A DNA stretch of 64,000 bases. Source: Neoconidiobolus thromboides FSU 785 (taxonomy: Eukaryota; Fungi; Entomophthoromycota). The notes under the pieces are model-generated. The model was not told where the DNA came from. It did not search any database and saw only the letters and a program-made list of their open reading frames with translations. Position numbers and translations under genes: made by a program. The DNA lies in the NCBI GenBank assembly GCA_025603075.1, contig MU626258.1:197457-261456 (forward strand), in the 5' to 3' direction. Shown piece after piece: positions 25,053-38,724 of the stretch (position 1 is the stretch's first letter; every line of letters starts with the position of its first letter).

Positions 25053-28000
25053 AAAAAGCTAACTTTTTCTCCTTGTTGTTTCAAAACTTTTTAATTTTTT
25101 AGTTGTATTTTATTACTAATAAAACTTAATATTTTTTCAAAATTACATATTTTATTTTGTTTTTGTGGAGTTATCATTATTATAATCACTATTATTTGAG
25201 TTTTTACAAACAAAATATATAGCTCTAAAAATAGAACTTTAATATAATTTTAGTTATTTAATTGTAAATGATTTATTAACTAAATTATTATAAAATGAAA
25301 AGCTTAGCAAAGGACAGGGTGGAGAAAACAGGGGAGGGTTCGGAGAAGAATAGAGGAGGTTGTATAGTGAATGAGAGTAAAATTAGATTTTAAAGTGAAA
25401 ATAAACCGATAGTTTCAACCAATAGAATATGAAAAATATTTTACGTTAGGAGAGCTTTAAAAAGCTTGGCATTAAATAATTTTGGTAGATAAAAAAACTT
25501 AAACTAAACTTTTGGGTGGTTATAGAATATAAAATGAAATTTTTGTTTAGGTTGTCTGTTTTAAGTATTGATCCGACCTTACTGTTGGGCATTATGTCAT
25601 TGTTAAATATTAGTTTTATTTTTTATTATATACATGTATAATTAGAAATAGATAGCTGTGGCATTATCAATATAAGACTTAATGTAATATAAGAGTATAA
25701 ATTAATTAATAGATTAATTTATTTAAAATAATAATAACAGATGTAACTTTGATATTCATAAATAGTAACCATCACTCAAATAAAAAAGATTAAAGTATCG
25801 CAAATTGAATAATAAAAATTGAATGACATGAAATTTTGATTTGCTTTTTAGGATTGGATTTAATACGAAAAAAAGCTAGAGAAAAAGAGGTTGATTTCAT
25901 AGCATGAAGTTGAACTATGCATTTATTAAAATAAAGATAGTAAATTTAATATGAAACATATGAAGAATAAGCTATAAACAGTTATTTGTTATTTATTACA
26001 TTTATTGACTCTATTTTTATTAATCTAAACTACTGTTTATAGTAAATATCTACATTGGCTTATTGTTTGTTGAACCTTATATTTTTTGTTGTTTTGTTAG
26101 TATTAACAGTTGTAATGCGATCCTTTCTATTAAATGATCTTATAATTAATGTACATAGTTTACTTTGATCTAATATCAGCTATTATCTTTTATATTTATT
26201 TCCATATTAGACTTATATCTACCCCTTTACCTTAATTAAGTTTGAATTATTTTTTAAATATTATGTAATATTTCAAAGTTAATAGTATATAAAAAGTCAA
26301 GTACGCTTATTTTCATTTATATTGTGTATAAAAAAGTTTTTTTACTAAAAAAAGATATCATAAAATGCTTTAACAGCAAGTTATCATATTTTATTAAAAA
26401 ACTAAACTATAAAATTAAATAGGGAGGTGGTACTTCTAAAAACAGCTTCTCTATTCCGAGTATAATTTAATAAAATACCAATGACTTGAAAATATGAGAT
26501 TATTCTGCTCAAAATATATTTTTTAATGGTTTAATTTACACCGTAAAGTATTAACAATCAAAACCTAATCTATTTTTATAAAATTCTTTAATGCTATGAA
26601 TGAGCTTTGATATCTTATATTTATTTAGTTATACTTACCTTATTAAACTTATGAAAAAGTTAATAAGCTTCCAGTTTATCTTTTAATATTTATTATAAAT
26701 CAAGAACATGAACCACTATACATTTATTATTGAAAATAATTTAATAGATTTCTTCAATTCTTGATATCATTGTAATTTTTTAAAAATCTTGGACTCTTCT
26801 AAATAGGTGTATTTATAACTCTAATTTAACTCTTTTGCGACCTACTTAACTGTTTATTTAACAATAAAATTTAAGCTATAATATTAGTAAAATAGAACTA
26901 ATCGTACTTTAAAAATACTGGCTGTACAAATTACTTAGCTGTAAAAGTTAATGTTAAAAGGTCACATTAGAGTTTAAAAAAAGCTACATTAAATTAAATT
27001 AAAACAAATTGAAATAGATTGATGAATAATTTTGAATGGGGCTTTCAACATCATGTAGAAAGTTGGAAATACTTGTAACTATAACATCAAGTGCATACTA
27101 CTAATACTTCGGTTAATTTAAACCCAAGGGTCAACATTTTCCCGATATTGACTTATTGTAAAAGAGGCAAATCAAGTATCAATACTAAGAAAGTAAAGCA
27201 TATACTTTTTTATTAGAAAAATCAAGTTAAATTTTTTCAAGTTTAAACTACTTAGAATTGAATTTTTAATAAATGGTGTTTTAGGCATATAGCTCTAAAA
27301 TCAGTCTGAAAATGGAAAAAATAATAAAGTAAGAATACTCACCCACTTACTCTTTATTTCTTAACTCATTTAGTCTACAAATTTTACAAGCTTAAACCGA
27401 AATTAAAACTATAAAAGAATATTTGAATTCTAACCTATCTAAACCTATCCATTTATAAATAGAGGGTAGGATATCATGTAATTTTTTACTCATTTTTAAG
27501 CAATGCTATTAAAGAAAAGTGTGAATAAACTTCAGAGACAGAGTATAAGAGCTTACTTTTATAGTAAAAGGTTGTAATTTACATAAAAAATTAGTATCTA
27601 GCATTCAAAATTTATACATTTTAGTTGTCACTTTTAAAATTATTATTATTATTGTTACTATTTATAATAATAGTCATATAGTTTAATCATACGAAGTATA
27701 ATAACAGATCAATAAGCGGGGTATATAGATTTTAGTCTTTTAAGATAACAGTAGCTAAAAAGCTAAGATGGGTTTTAATAGTTAATCTACATTGGATATA
27801 ATAACATAATGTTCTTATCATAATTTTTATAGTAATTTGCCATATAAAGCAAATTCATCAAGACACAAATAAGGTTGTCTTTTTTCGCCCTATTTTTTTG
27901 CCCACTTTTTAGGTAACATGAAATTTAAAAAAATTGGTAAAACTGTTTATATAAACACAAAAATTGATTTCTTTTCTGTTTTTAATAGTTGTAAATTATT

Positions 28001-28204
28001 ATTTTATCTTTATTATAATTAAATTATGTTTTGTTTATAATTTTTGTTATTATTTGATTAAAAAATTATTGAAATAATATACCACTAGATCACTTATTTA
28101 TATAGTAAAAATAGTAACTAATAAATCACTACTAATTTTATAAAATGATGAATAATAAATCGCTATTATTTATAAAAAAGTTACTTTGTATCTGAAATAC
28201 ATAT

Positions 28205-28298
28205 GAGTATGTATTTGTTTAAGAATTTTACTGGTAGCCTTTCCACTTAAACAGCGCTTAAAAAATGGAAAAAGTGGTGAAACCAAAAAAATACCCTC
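28205..28298 (-). mobile_element. MITE copy 9
   Basis: Consensus match; ATAT/ATAT; GAG...CTC termini. Confidence 0.85.
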
Positions 28299-29006
28299 AT
28301 ATAATAAAACTTTGCTTATAGTTTTAAAAAACATTATAGCATTAATTGTATAAAATAAGTTGCTTTATTTTTAATAAAGTAAAAATAATTACTTAAAAAC
28401 GCCTAAAAGAAACCATTAATGCATCTGTGACTGTAGATTTGAAAACAGGAGCCTCAATTTTTGTATACTCAAATTGTTAAGTCTATTTTCAATATTACAA
28501 TAAAAGTCACATTATACCCATTATTTAATAAAGAAATTTTGGGTTGATCATAACACTTTACTGCTAGATAAAGTATTATAGACAATAATTTTTTAATAAA
28601 ATCGGATTTTCAGTTAATACAAATGTTAAATTAGCTAATTTTTAATTTCTTGCTGTTATAATACCCGTTAATTGTAATCCAGTATGGCTCTGAGTAACTC
28701 TAACCCAAACCCAAATCAATTATAATGGCTAATATCAGTTTAGAACTTTATTAGCATCTTTATAAAAAAAATTCAAAATATCAATCTTTGTATTATATCA
28801 AACGATGAAATATTAAGAGCTGTAATTATCCAGTGGAGATATTATAGTTGATTCATAATTTCTATCATTATCACTTATCCCTGTAAATTCTTCTATTTTA
28901 CATCATATTAAATACATTTTTGGATCCTAGTTATTCGAATAATAAAGAACACTTTAAAATTTAATATAAAACAAGTTTTATATCAAATAGATGAATAATA
29001 CAATGT

Positions 29007-29100
29007 GGGGCTGTTTTTTTGACTTCATTATTTTTTTCATCTTTTAAGCGCTATTTGAGTGGGAAAATTGTTAGTAAAATTCTTAAATATATAAATACAT
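29007..29100 (+). mobile_element. MITE copy 10 (right terminus lost)
   Basis: Consensus match up to ...aaatacat. Confidence 0.85.
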
Positions 29101-29264
29101 GGGATGCATTTTAGCCTTACTAAAGGTAGACCATGTCGTGGTATTCTAGTGTATCTTTTAAATTATTTATGAATAGCTTTAAAATGTACTAGATAAATTC
29201 AATAAATTGGTTCTTAAAATTTACTCAAAAAAATATTTATTGAATTTTTGTTTGATTATTATTA

Positions 29265-29361
29265 AGGATGTTTTTTTGGCTTTATCACTTTTTCCACCTT
29301 TTGAGCACTATTTGAGCGAAAAAATTGTTAGTCAAATTCTTAAACACAAAAATACATCCTC
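29265..29361 (+). mobile_element. MITE copy 11
   Basis: Consensus match; ATTA/ATTA flanks. Confidence 0.9.
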
Positions 29362-29639
29362 ATTATTATTTTTAGAAATAAACCTTAAACATTAAAAACT
29401 ACATATGGATTAATTATTCATTTTATGATTTTTTTTAACAATATCTGTTGAGTCCCGCCTATTGTTTTTTTAAATATTATTCTAATAAAAAAGTATCTTT
29501 ATATTATTAATATTAGAATATTTCATTAATAATTCAAAATTAAGTATAAATTTAGGTTGAATTTTGTAATTTTTAATATTAAGTTTAATAAAAAATGTAG
29601 GGTATAGGAAGAAGTAACATTATAGACAAAGATTCTAAT

Positions 29640-29732
29640 GGGGATGTATTTTTGTGTTTAAGAATTTCACTAATTTTCCGCTTAAATAACGCTTAAAAAA
29701 TGGAAAAAATAATAAAGTCAAAAAAATACTCC
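29640..29732 (-). mobile_element. MITE copy 12
   Basis: Consensus match; TAAT/TAAT flanks. Confidence 0.9.
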
Positions 29733-30573
29733 TAATAATGACTGAATTAATGAACATTTAAAATATCATTATATCACTATTAAAGAGCAGAGTGAGATGG
29801 ATTTTTTTGGAGGAACAGTTGATGGTATAACTTTAAATGATATACCAAAAGGCGCTTTAAGTCATAGAAAAGACAATTATTATGATGAAACCTGTATGCC
29901 TTATTTTTTATGATACATTTATCAAAAACCAAAAAGCGCTACCTTGACTATGTCGGAAAGGTTGTATTGCAGGTTATAAGTTATAAAAAGCAAGATAAGC
30001 TTATTTTTTTTATAAAGACATATCCCACTTCTAATAAATGGATGTATGAAACCCACTAAAGTAAATGGTTGAATTATAAATAGCTATAGTGATCATTTAG
30101 TATTCCTTCAACGAAATAAACTATACCTCGAGGACAGTGATAGTTCCAAGGCTCAACCAATTACTGATATTATTGCTCCATTTCAGTATAATAAAATATT
30201 TCAAAAGCTTAATCTACAGGAGCTAAATGAGTATACGTTTCCTTGTATTTCAATGAATAGCTCGTATCCTATATTCTATAAAACAAAAATAAGCGAGGAT
30301 CTAAAGTGTGCAGCAGAGCACGATAGATCTCTTAAAAAACAGACAGTAGTATATAAATTTAATCTACAGAAAAAATAAAAGATAAAAGAATGCTATATGG
30401 AGAACTTTAACAATTGAAGCAAATTATTTAAATGTTTGAAATTGTTTAAGGAATTTGTTACTCCATCTATTGATCAAAGTAAAAACAAAATTAACGTGAA
30501 TGAATGACTTTTCTGTTGACAATAGAATGTTTTGTTATTACAAAACATTTAGTTGTTCTAATAAACTACATAT

Positions 30574-30671
30574 GGGGATGTATTTTTGTATTTAAGAATT
30601 TTACTAATAGTTTTTCCACTCAAATAGTGCTTAAAAGATGGAAAAAATAATGAAGCCAAAAAAACATCCTC
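30574..30671 (-). mobile_element. MITE copy 13
   Basis: Near-consensus; ATAT/ATAT. Confidence 0.92.
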
Positions 30672-30997
30672 ATATCTAGATTTAAACAAAACTATAATAT
30701 AAAAAACAAAATACATATTTAAATAAAGCAATAACTAAAAGTGCTAATATAATTTATTAGATTAAGCAAAATATATAAAGCAATGGTTTTAAATTAATAG
30801 TATTAAGCCATTATTTAATAATAATATTTATATGATTACATTGCAAAAGCTTTTAAAATTAGTTTATTTTTGATATATGAGGAATAATATCAAGCTTTAT
30901 TTATTTATACTAAAGCATTTTAGTTATAGCCAATAAAATAACAAAAAATTAAGTTTAACTTAGTTTGAGTAATTGTAAACTATATTTAAATCATATA

Positions 30998-31097
30998 GGG
31001 GATATACTTCTCTGTTTAGAAATTTTGCTAATAATCTTTCCACTCAAATAGCGCTTAAAAAATGGAAAAAGTAATAAAGTCAAAAAAAAACACTCCC
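30998..31097 (-). mobile_element. MITE copy 14
   Basis: Consensus match; TSD imperfect. Confidence 0.88.
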
Positions 31098-33903
31098 ATA
31101 ACCTATTTTGATTTTTTGCTAAAATTATTCTTCCATAGCTGGGCTTTGATTATATTATCGATTTGGTGCTAGTATATAATGACCTTAATCAGTACAGAAT
31201 CTTCAAAGCACTCGATCCCGAATCATAGTTTAAGATATGGCAGATAAATAAGTCATCTAATTCTGAAATAAATGGAAAAGTGACCCGCCGAAAAGTTGAT
31301 ATATAGAGTTTCAAAACGTACCATATCACTTTTTGTATCAAGATTATCGGGTGGAATATCTTTTTACATGGAGAAAAATTTACATCATTTCTTTAATAAA
31401 GAGTTGGTCTCTAAACTATATCTTCAAAATTTTCAACACTTACATTTATTATGATAATAATCTTTCTAAACTTTGATTTAAAGATCAATTTCAACTAGAA
31501 TACAAATAATCTGATGTCAATTATCATTGAACATATTTTTCGGAAACCATAAAATGATAAAGATTCGACAAATAGGAGCCTTTTTATTTGTCTAGAATGA
31601 GAATAAATAGTAAGTTTAAATGTTATTTTGTATCAGAGAAGATTAAAATTTTTGATCTTTTAAATTGAATTAATTAATTTATGGAGTAGGTAGTCATAAA
31701 ATAAATCGTCAAAACAATACTGACCACAACTTTGGCTCTCCCATTACGTTATACTCATTGAGGGGGCTAATTTTACACTTAGTAGATAGCAAGTCACAAA
31801 CATTGTAAGAGATTAAATTCCTAACACTCAAAATTTTGAACAAGTATGGGCATATAATAAAACTCTTTGATAATTTAGATAATCAAAGACTAAGGGTTAG
31901 ACTTAACCAATACCAATTTTAGTTTAATAAACAATAACAAATAAGAAAATTTAATAGATACACTATTTCTGTTATTTAAAGTTAAAAAATATTCAATTTG
32001 TTAACCTTAAGCCTGGCTAATATCCTTATACAAATATAAGTCATAGGAACTCCCACCATCAGCCGATGGCTATTATCATTTTTTACATTTTTAAAGATTT
32101 AGTTATGAACACGTCCTATTGTTTAGCTTATCGAGATAGAAATATAGATACTAATTTAAAGGCTGAGGTCTATGGCCCAATACAAAGTAGTATGGTGGTT
32201 TTTTTAGCAAGATTGAAGTTATAATAACTAAATATCGGTTATTGGGTAGACCTATTTTTACTACTATTCTTATTTTTGACTTTTTTTCATATAGAAACTA
32301 TATCATACCCGATTTCAATCCAAACAAGTTCAAGTATTACTCCAAGGGTTCGGTTTATGAGATTTGTTTATTGCTTTTAATATCAACAATTGTTTAAAAT
32401 ATAAATATTTATAAGTTAATTTATTTTTAAATTCTTATAGACTCCTGATTCAAACTGTCACAGTGTTTCAAGTCTAATCTTTTAATACCATAAGCAACAT
32501 CATACAAAATCCTTAATCAACATAAAATATTAATTGTAGACATCCGTTTATTCATCAAACTACATTAAAATTTTGTTTGGCAAATACTCATAAGAATAGT
32601 AAAACTATAAAATTGATAGTAAGAAATAGTTGTCATGATATTTGAATTATAGTTTTAAAATTTTTTATTGATGTTTACTCAATGAGCTTTAGATAATATT
32701 TAATAAGTATTTGAAACTTTAAATTTATATTACTAGATGAGATAATAGTATTATATAATGTTGAGCATTGTTATAAAAAAACATTAAAAAACCAAAAACA
32801 TTCAAATAATATTAGTTTAGAGCAGTTCAGAACATCATGACTATTACTGTTTTCAACTACATTGTGAGTCTTCAAGAAAAGAAAAGTACAAATAAAGTCC
32901 CCTTTAGTATGCTAATTTATTAATAGATCAAAGACAGAAATGTACATTTGATTAGCTTAAATTAAAACTCAGTTATTATAGTTCATAACAGTATTTGAAA
33001 TAAAGTAAATAATTTAAACAGACTATAGAATTTCAAAAGTAACAGCAATTTATCAATAATAATAACCAGGTATGTAATATTCTTTAATTAGAGATTTTGT
33101 AAACTATTTTTTGATCCTTAACCTAGAAAGTCAGCGCGCTTTATTAAAGGAAAATTGATAAACTATTTTAATATTATTTTAAAATGAAAACAACTCAGGC
33201 TATTTTTAACATCCTGACTATTAAAATCAATAATTTAAGTAACTTTAATATATTAAAATAACTATTTTATTATACCCGTAAATTTATTCTTTAAATTCAA
33301 ACCTTTTGGATGACTCACAAGAACTAATCGTTTTTTCATTTACCCAAGTCAATTGACTTTATCCATAGTTAGAAGATCATAATGAGATAAAACAACAAAA
33401 CTTAGTATCTTAATATTATTTCATTACAAAGAAAATATCATCTACTAGCAAGAGTTGAAGATAGATAATAGCAATAATACTATTTTTTAATTCCATTTTT
33501 TTATTTTTTAGTGTTTTTAAAAGTTATTAAAATTCCGATACATTCAACCATTCTTAAAAAATCAAGCTAGAACTATCCATCTTTATTTATTGGTTAATAA
33601 AGATTTACTACATATAGAGTGAATAAAAACGCAGTCTCACTTCGCCATCGAAAATTCTAATTTTCTGGCTAATTTTTTTAGAAATGACAAAACATTCGAT
33701 AAAAAACTCATCTCCAAAACCCCAATTTTACCAAATTTAGAAATCTCCAAAATAAAACTGATTGTTTTATTGTGTCATTTTCTATTAATAATCTAAAAAA
33801 AAATTTTTTTTAGCCAATATATAAGCAAAGTTGGACTGCTTTTTAGTTGCTTATTAACATATATCAACAAATAAATTTCAATAACTTATTTTAATTATCT
33901 ATT

Positions 33904-34557
33904 ATGAAAATTATCAGCGAAAAACAATTAGACGATGCCAATAGTATCTTTACTACTGCTGGTATAAAGGGTGGAGCCCTCTTTTTTGTAGGTGCAACAA
34001 CATTGACTTTATTATTTAGTAAATACTCAAGTAAAGCCAAATACATGCGTTTACCAACTAAAGCCTTCTTTATCTCCTCAAGTAAGTCCCATTTTGATTA
34101 TGACTCAAAACTTAACTTATGTTTTTATTTTTCTAGTGACAACAGCTGGTTTTGTAGTTTTTGGTGAACATGCTTTAATAGAATATGATCGTAAGTCCCA
34201 CGCTCATCTTGTACCTGATTACCTTCAAGATGAGGAAAAAGTTGTGGATACTACCCCACTAACATCTACACAGAAATTCCAAGATTTTGTAGCTGATTAT
34301 CGTTACCACCTTTTAGGTGCTTCTTGGGTTATTGGTATGACCGGTGCTGGTATTTATTTATATCGTAAAAAGTAAGTTATTATTATCGAATTAGCTTTAA
34401 GAATATTTATTAACTTTATATTAGATATTTAACTGTTCAACAAAAATTGGTGGAAGCTAGAATGTATGCCCAAGGAATTACGTTGGCTTCTTTAGGTGCT
34501 GTTGCTGCTATTTCTTCAGGCTCAAGTCATAATAGTTCACGTCGTAATTCAGATTAA
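33904..34557 (+). CDS. RCF2: Respiratory supercomplex factor 2-like HIG1-domain protein, 3 exons
   Basis: AGIKGG...LPTKAFFISSMTTAGFVVFGEHALIEYDR...YRYHLLGASW...KKYLTVQQKLVEARMYAQGITLASL; introns at ~34082-34136 and ~34372-34425. Confidence 0.85.
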
Positions 34558-35037
34558 TCCTATTAAATTGTATTTTTTCCAATTGCTTCATTTATCGTTT
34601 CTTGTCTTTACGTTTACTCCACTTTTTGGAGTAAAACCTTTTACTTCAGTAACCTTGTAAATTTATTGCTATTAAAATTGTTTCAAAACTACTTGCTTTT
34701 ATGTAATTTGTTATTTTTATATTCGTGTTAATATATTTACTTTGCTAATTTAACTTACACAGAAGTTATAGTGTATTAGCATACACTATATCAATTCTTT
34801 ATTTTAGATAATAATATAAAAGTTATGTTTTTCTAAATAAACTCATCCTCGCATTAATAATTCCAATCAATGATAATTATTTCATATTAAATAGTGTTTA
34901 TTCTATTCCTATTTATTTAAAATTATAAAAATACAAGGTCATTATTTTTGTAATAAAAACATTTTGGGATACGAAATTATTAAAACAATTCATAGGTATA
35001 ATAAGAAGATATCATATATTAATTGGTTAATAAGGGA

Positions 35038-36490
35038 TTAAATCTGGCAGGTATAAGTACCTGAATGATGAAAATGGAAAGCTTTGAGTACACCAACATA
35101 GTGAAAAACTGCTGCTGCAACTACAAAAAGATGCCAAATTTGATGCGAATGTCCCTAAAATTTAATTGTCAATTTTACAATTACTAAAATCCAATAACAA
35201 TATTTACCCAAAAATCAAATTTCCCTGGATACCATCTTTCCGGAATTCTGTTAAATTTATTATTAGTACTATACTTCGTATTTCATTGAGTTAAATTACC
35301 TAAATCCATAAATTAAAGCCCCAGTTATATACATGGCTCCCATTAAAGTCATCCAATTTAATGATAATGAATGGAAACTATGACTAATCTATATAAATCA
35401 ATAAGTATATCATATATATTATTAATAATGTTACTTACTCCAGCTCTGACAATTGAATGGGATAAAGGTATTAGACCAGATAAACCTAAACCCATAAATA
35501 AAGTAAGACGATGAAACCTATATCCTGGTTCACTTAATTTATCACTCATTGAGACACAAATCTAATGATAATATCAATATCTTGCAAGTTAGAACAAATA
35601 ATTATATAAACTTACTGTAGCTATTCCCAATATAATAATACTCGATAAATATATTAATTTTAAATCATTTTCACAATAAAAGCCTAGTTTTGAATTGTTA
35701 ATTTACTACTAATAAGTTTTTTATAGATGCTTACCAAAATAAACTGCTGGTATAAAAGAACCACTAATTATGAAATAAATTAATAAATGAATAATACTAA
35801 TAATATTTTGTCTACTTACACAATTAAAAATACAATTCCAATATAATCACACTTATTCCACGCTTTTGAATGCTAAAAAAGCATTAATCAAACAATTACA
35901 AAGATTAAAAAAAATCCAAGAACTTACTGATTCTGAGTGACAACAAAAAAGATGGAAGAGAGCAGAAGAAACCAAACAAAAAATAGCGGTAGCAATAAAT
36001 GCATAAATAACAAAATAATCAGACCATTGAGCTGAACCAGTTGAATAAAGATAATAGGAGGTAATCAAACCAAGAATTAAAAAAGCAATAGCTCCTAATA
36101 AATGACTATAGACATTGCCAGTTTCATTATGGAGATATAGCAAAGATTTCCAACATCCTTTATAAGATTCAGTTGGTACTCGATAACCAGTATGGATATA
36201 GATATTGTCTTGTGCCCAAGCTGGAAGTTCTTGGAAATTACATAATAATTGATCAAATTTTTTCTTCAATAATGGTTTTACTTCTTCGACCATATTGGTA
36301 ATATCTTGTAAATCTGGGGTGCTGATCTCCATATTGATATCTTCGTCGTTGGATTTACCAGAAGGTTGATGTACTTTAGTACTTTGTTCTGGTTGTTTAC
36401 GCCTTTTTAAATTGTTGCTGCCTTTTTTTGCCTAATTTTTATTCCAGTAATTAGAAACTAGTTAGAATTCACCTTAAAGAAGTTTACCAT
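35038..36490 (-). CDS. PAQR/adiponectin-receptor (IZH, HlyIII) family membrane protein, multi-exon
   Basis: ELPAWAQDNIYIHTGYR, LHNETGNVYSHLLG, SALFHLFCCHSE, LDYIG, FPERWYPGKFD, GHSHQIWHLFVVAAAVFHY; stop at 35038-35040. Confidence 0.93.
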
Positions 36491-36956
36491 TATTCTTATT
36501 CTTTTTATATGTAATTGATAAGGGACTAAAGATAATTAAGTTTTATTAATTTTGGTATTTTTTTTATAGTCTATTTGATTTATGTTATCTAGAACCCTTA
36601 ATAGATAACGAACAAATTGTAAAGTAAAAGTTTCTAATTCTAATTAAAAAAAGCTAATCTTTATTAAGGGATATATCGTTTTGGGCAACATTTGCTATAA
36701 ATTGAAGGATTTTATTGGCTATCATCATGGTTTATCAAATTAAAACTTTCCTTGGTTATTTATTATCAACACCACCTATTTTACTATTTTTTTAAAAAAT
36801 TCATGCTAAATTCTTAAAAATTTAACCCTTATTGACCTTTTAATATTCGAATCAAGTTGCCGAAATTTAATGTGCCAAAAATTAATTTATTTAATTGGTT
36901 TAAAAGAAGAATGAAAAATATTAATAGTAATAACAATAAAAACGATAAAATGATAT

Positions 36957-37052
36957 GGGGATGTGTTTTTTTGTTTAAGAATTTTACTACAATCTTTCTA
37001 CTCAAATAGCGCTTAAAAAATGGAAAAATAATCAAACTAAAAAAACAGCCCT
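36957..37052 (-). mobile_element. MITE copy 15
   Basis: Consensus match; ATAT/ATAT. Confidence 0.9.
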
Positions 37053-37195
37053 ATATGTTAAATATAAAAAAAATATAAAATATTTAATTAAACTATTATT
37101 TATTTATATATTGTAAAATAAATATTAATAAAATTTTCTGTCTAGAATAAAAATCCAACAATTTAAAATTCAAACTCAAGTATTAGATTGAAAAC

Positions 37196-38422
37196 TTAAA
37201 GATCATTAGTATCTTGACATAACTCTTTAAAATTAGCAAATGGCACTTGTTTAATAATTTTTTTAACATCAAATAACTTTACATTCTTGTGATATTCTTC
37301 ATTAACATAATTTAAATAATGTTTTAGATAATGTAATTCGGTATCTTGTTCTCCAGCTATGTCTCTTTGATAAATATCCGGTACAATTTGATTATTAGGT
37401 TGCAATTTACATTTAATAATTGAATCATCTACAATAATGGTATTTTTGTCATTAAATAAATTCTTATCATTAAACTCAAAATTTAAATCTTCCCATAATT
37501 TTTCTAAGTTTTTGATAGTATCACATTTTGAATTATATCGTCCTGATAATGTACAATGATTTCTCGTATATATTCGTACTAATTTTTGTTTATAATTGGG
37601 TAATATTTTAATTAAAATTTGGAGCATAGATGCAGGCATTACTGAACTCCAAAATATTACATTATAATTTTGATCACAATAATCTAATAATGCTTGTAAC
37701 CATGGTCGTAATATAACTCTTTTATCTTTAGATGTACGTCGACTAAAGAGATTAAATTAATTAATAAATAAAAGTTAAATAAAAAAATTTACATTAAAAC
37801 ACCATTTAAATCAAATACCACTACTAGTTTGTTTCTATCTACTGATTTATAAGTTGTTAACTCTTCTTTTAATTTCCAATAATCTCCATCTCTTTCATTT
37901 ATATTCACTTGAAAACCTATTTTGAACTTATTATTTTATGAATGTTATCATTTTTATTCTTATTTTACCTTGTTTTTTATCATCAGAAGTTTGTTCTTTA
38001 TTTAAAACTTGGCTATTATTCACTCTTCTCCTTTGATTGGCACTTAAACTTTTATTATTATCCTCTCTATATCTGTAAACGCTGCGATTCCTATCTTCTC
38101 TGTATCTACTAATGTTGTAATTCCTATCCTCCCTATGTCGATTAGAATAATGACTTCTACTCTCTTTATGCCTATTATTATCTCTATCTCTTTCCTCCTT
38201 ATATCTATTATTATAATAATTTCTGTCTTCCATATACCTGCTAGTTCTATACCTTTTATGTTCTTTGTCTTTTCTATATCTATTATTGTTATTATTGTTA
38301 TAGTTATGTCTTTCATCAAGGTTTATTGGTATAACATCACTCATATCAATAAAATTTTGATTTATCCTTCCATCAGTGTTATTAATAGGGCTGTGGTAGT
38401 TGCTATAATTTGACTGTTTCAT
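37196..38422 (-). CDS. FCP1-homology (NIF/HAD) domain protein, copy B, with Arg/Tyr/Asn repeat N-terminus; 3 exons
   Basis: Spliced: ...NKLVVVFDLNGVLIRRTSKDKRVILRPWLQALLDYC...VIFWSSVMP...TIKNLEKLW...NTIIVDDS.IKC.LQPNNQI. Confidence 0.85.
38054..38239 (-). repeat. Degenerate 33-bp (11-aa) coding tandem repeat, ~5.5 units
   Basis: RYMEDRNYYNN/RYKEERDRDNN/RHKESRSHYSN/RHREDRNYNIS/RYREDRNRSVY/RYREDNN. Confidence 0.75.
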
Positions 38423-38724
38423 AATGATATTTTTGTATACTCTTTTAAACTCTAAATTTCTAACGAGGTTGGAAATAGTAAACTGGATGATAAAAAGAAC
38501 GGGTTTTTATAAATTTAATAGTTTATAAAACTGAACTTGAGTTTTCAAGGAAAAATTAATTGAATAGAATATAAAATTCACTTAACTTTCTATTAACCAA
38601 TAATCTTTGTTTATTTTAAATTTGAAAAATATTAATATTTAAATAAAATTAAATGAAAAACACTAAATAATAATTAATTATTAATTATAAAACATTCATA
38701 TTTATTTAATTAAATCTATTCATT

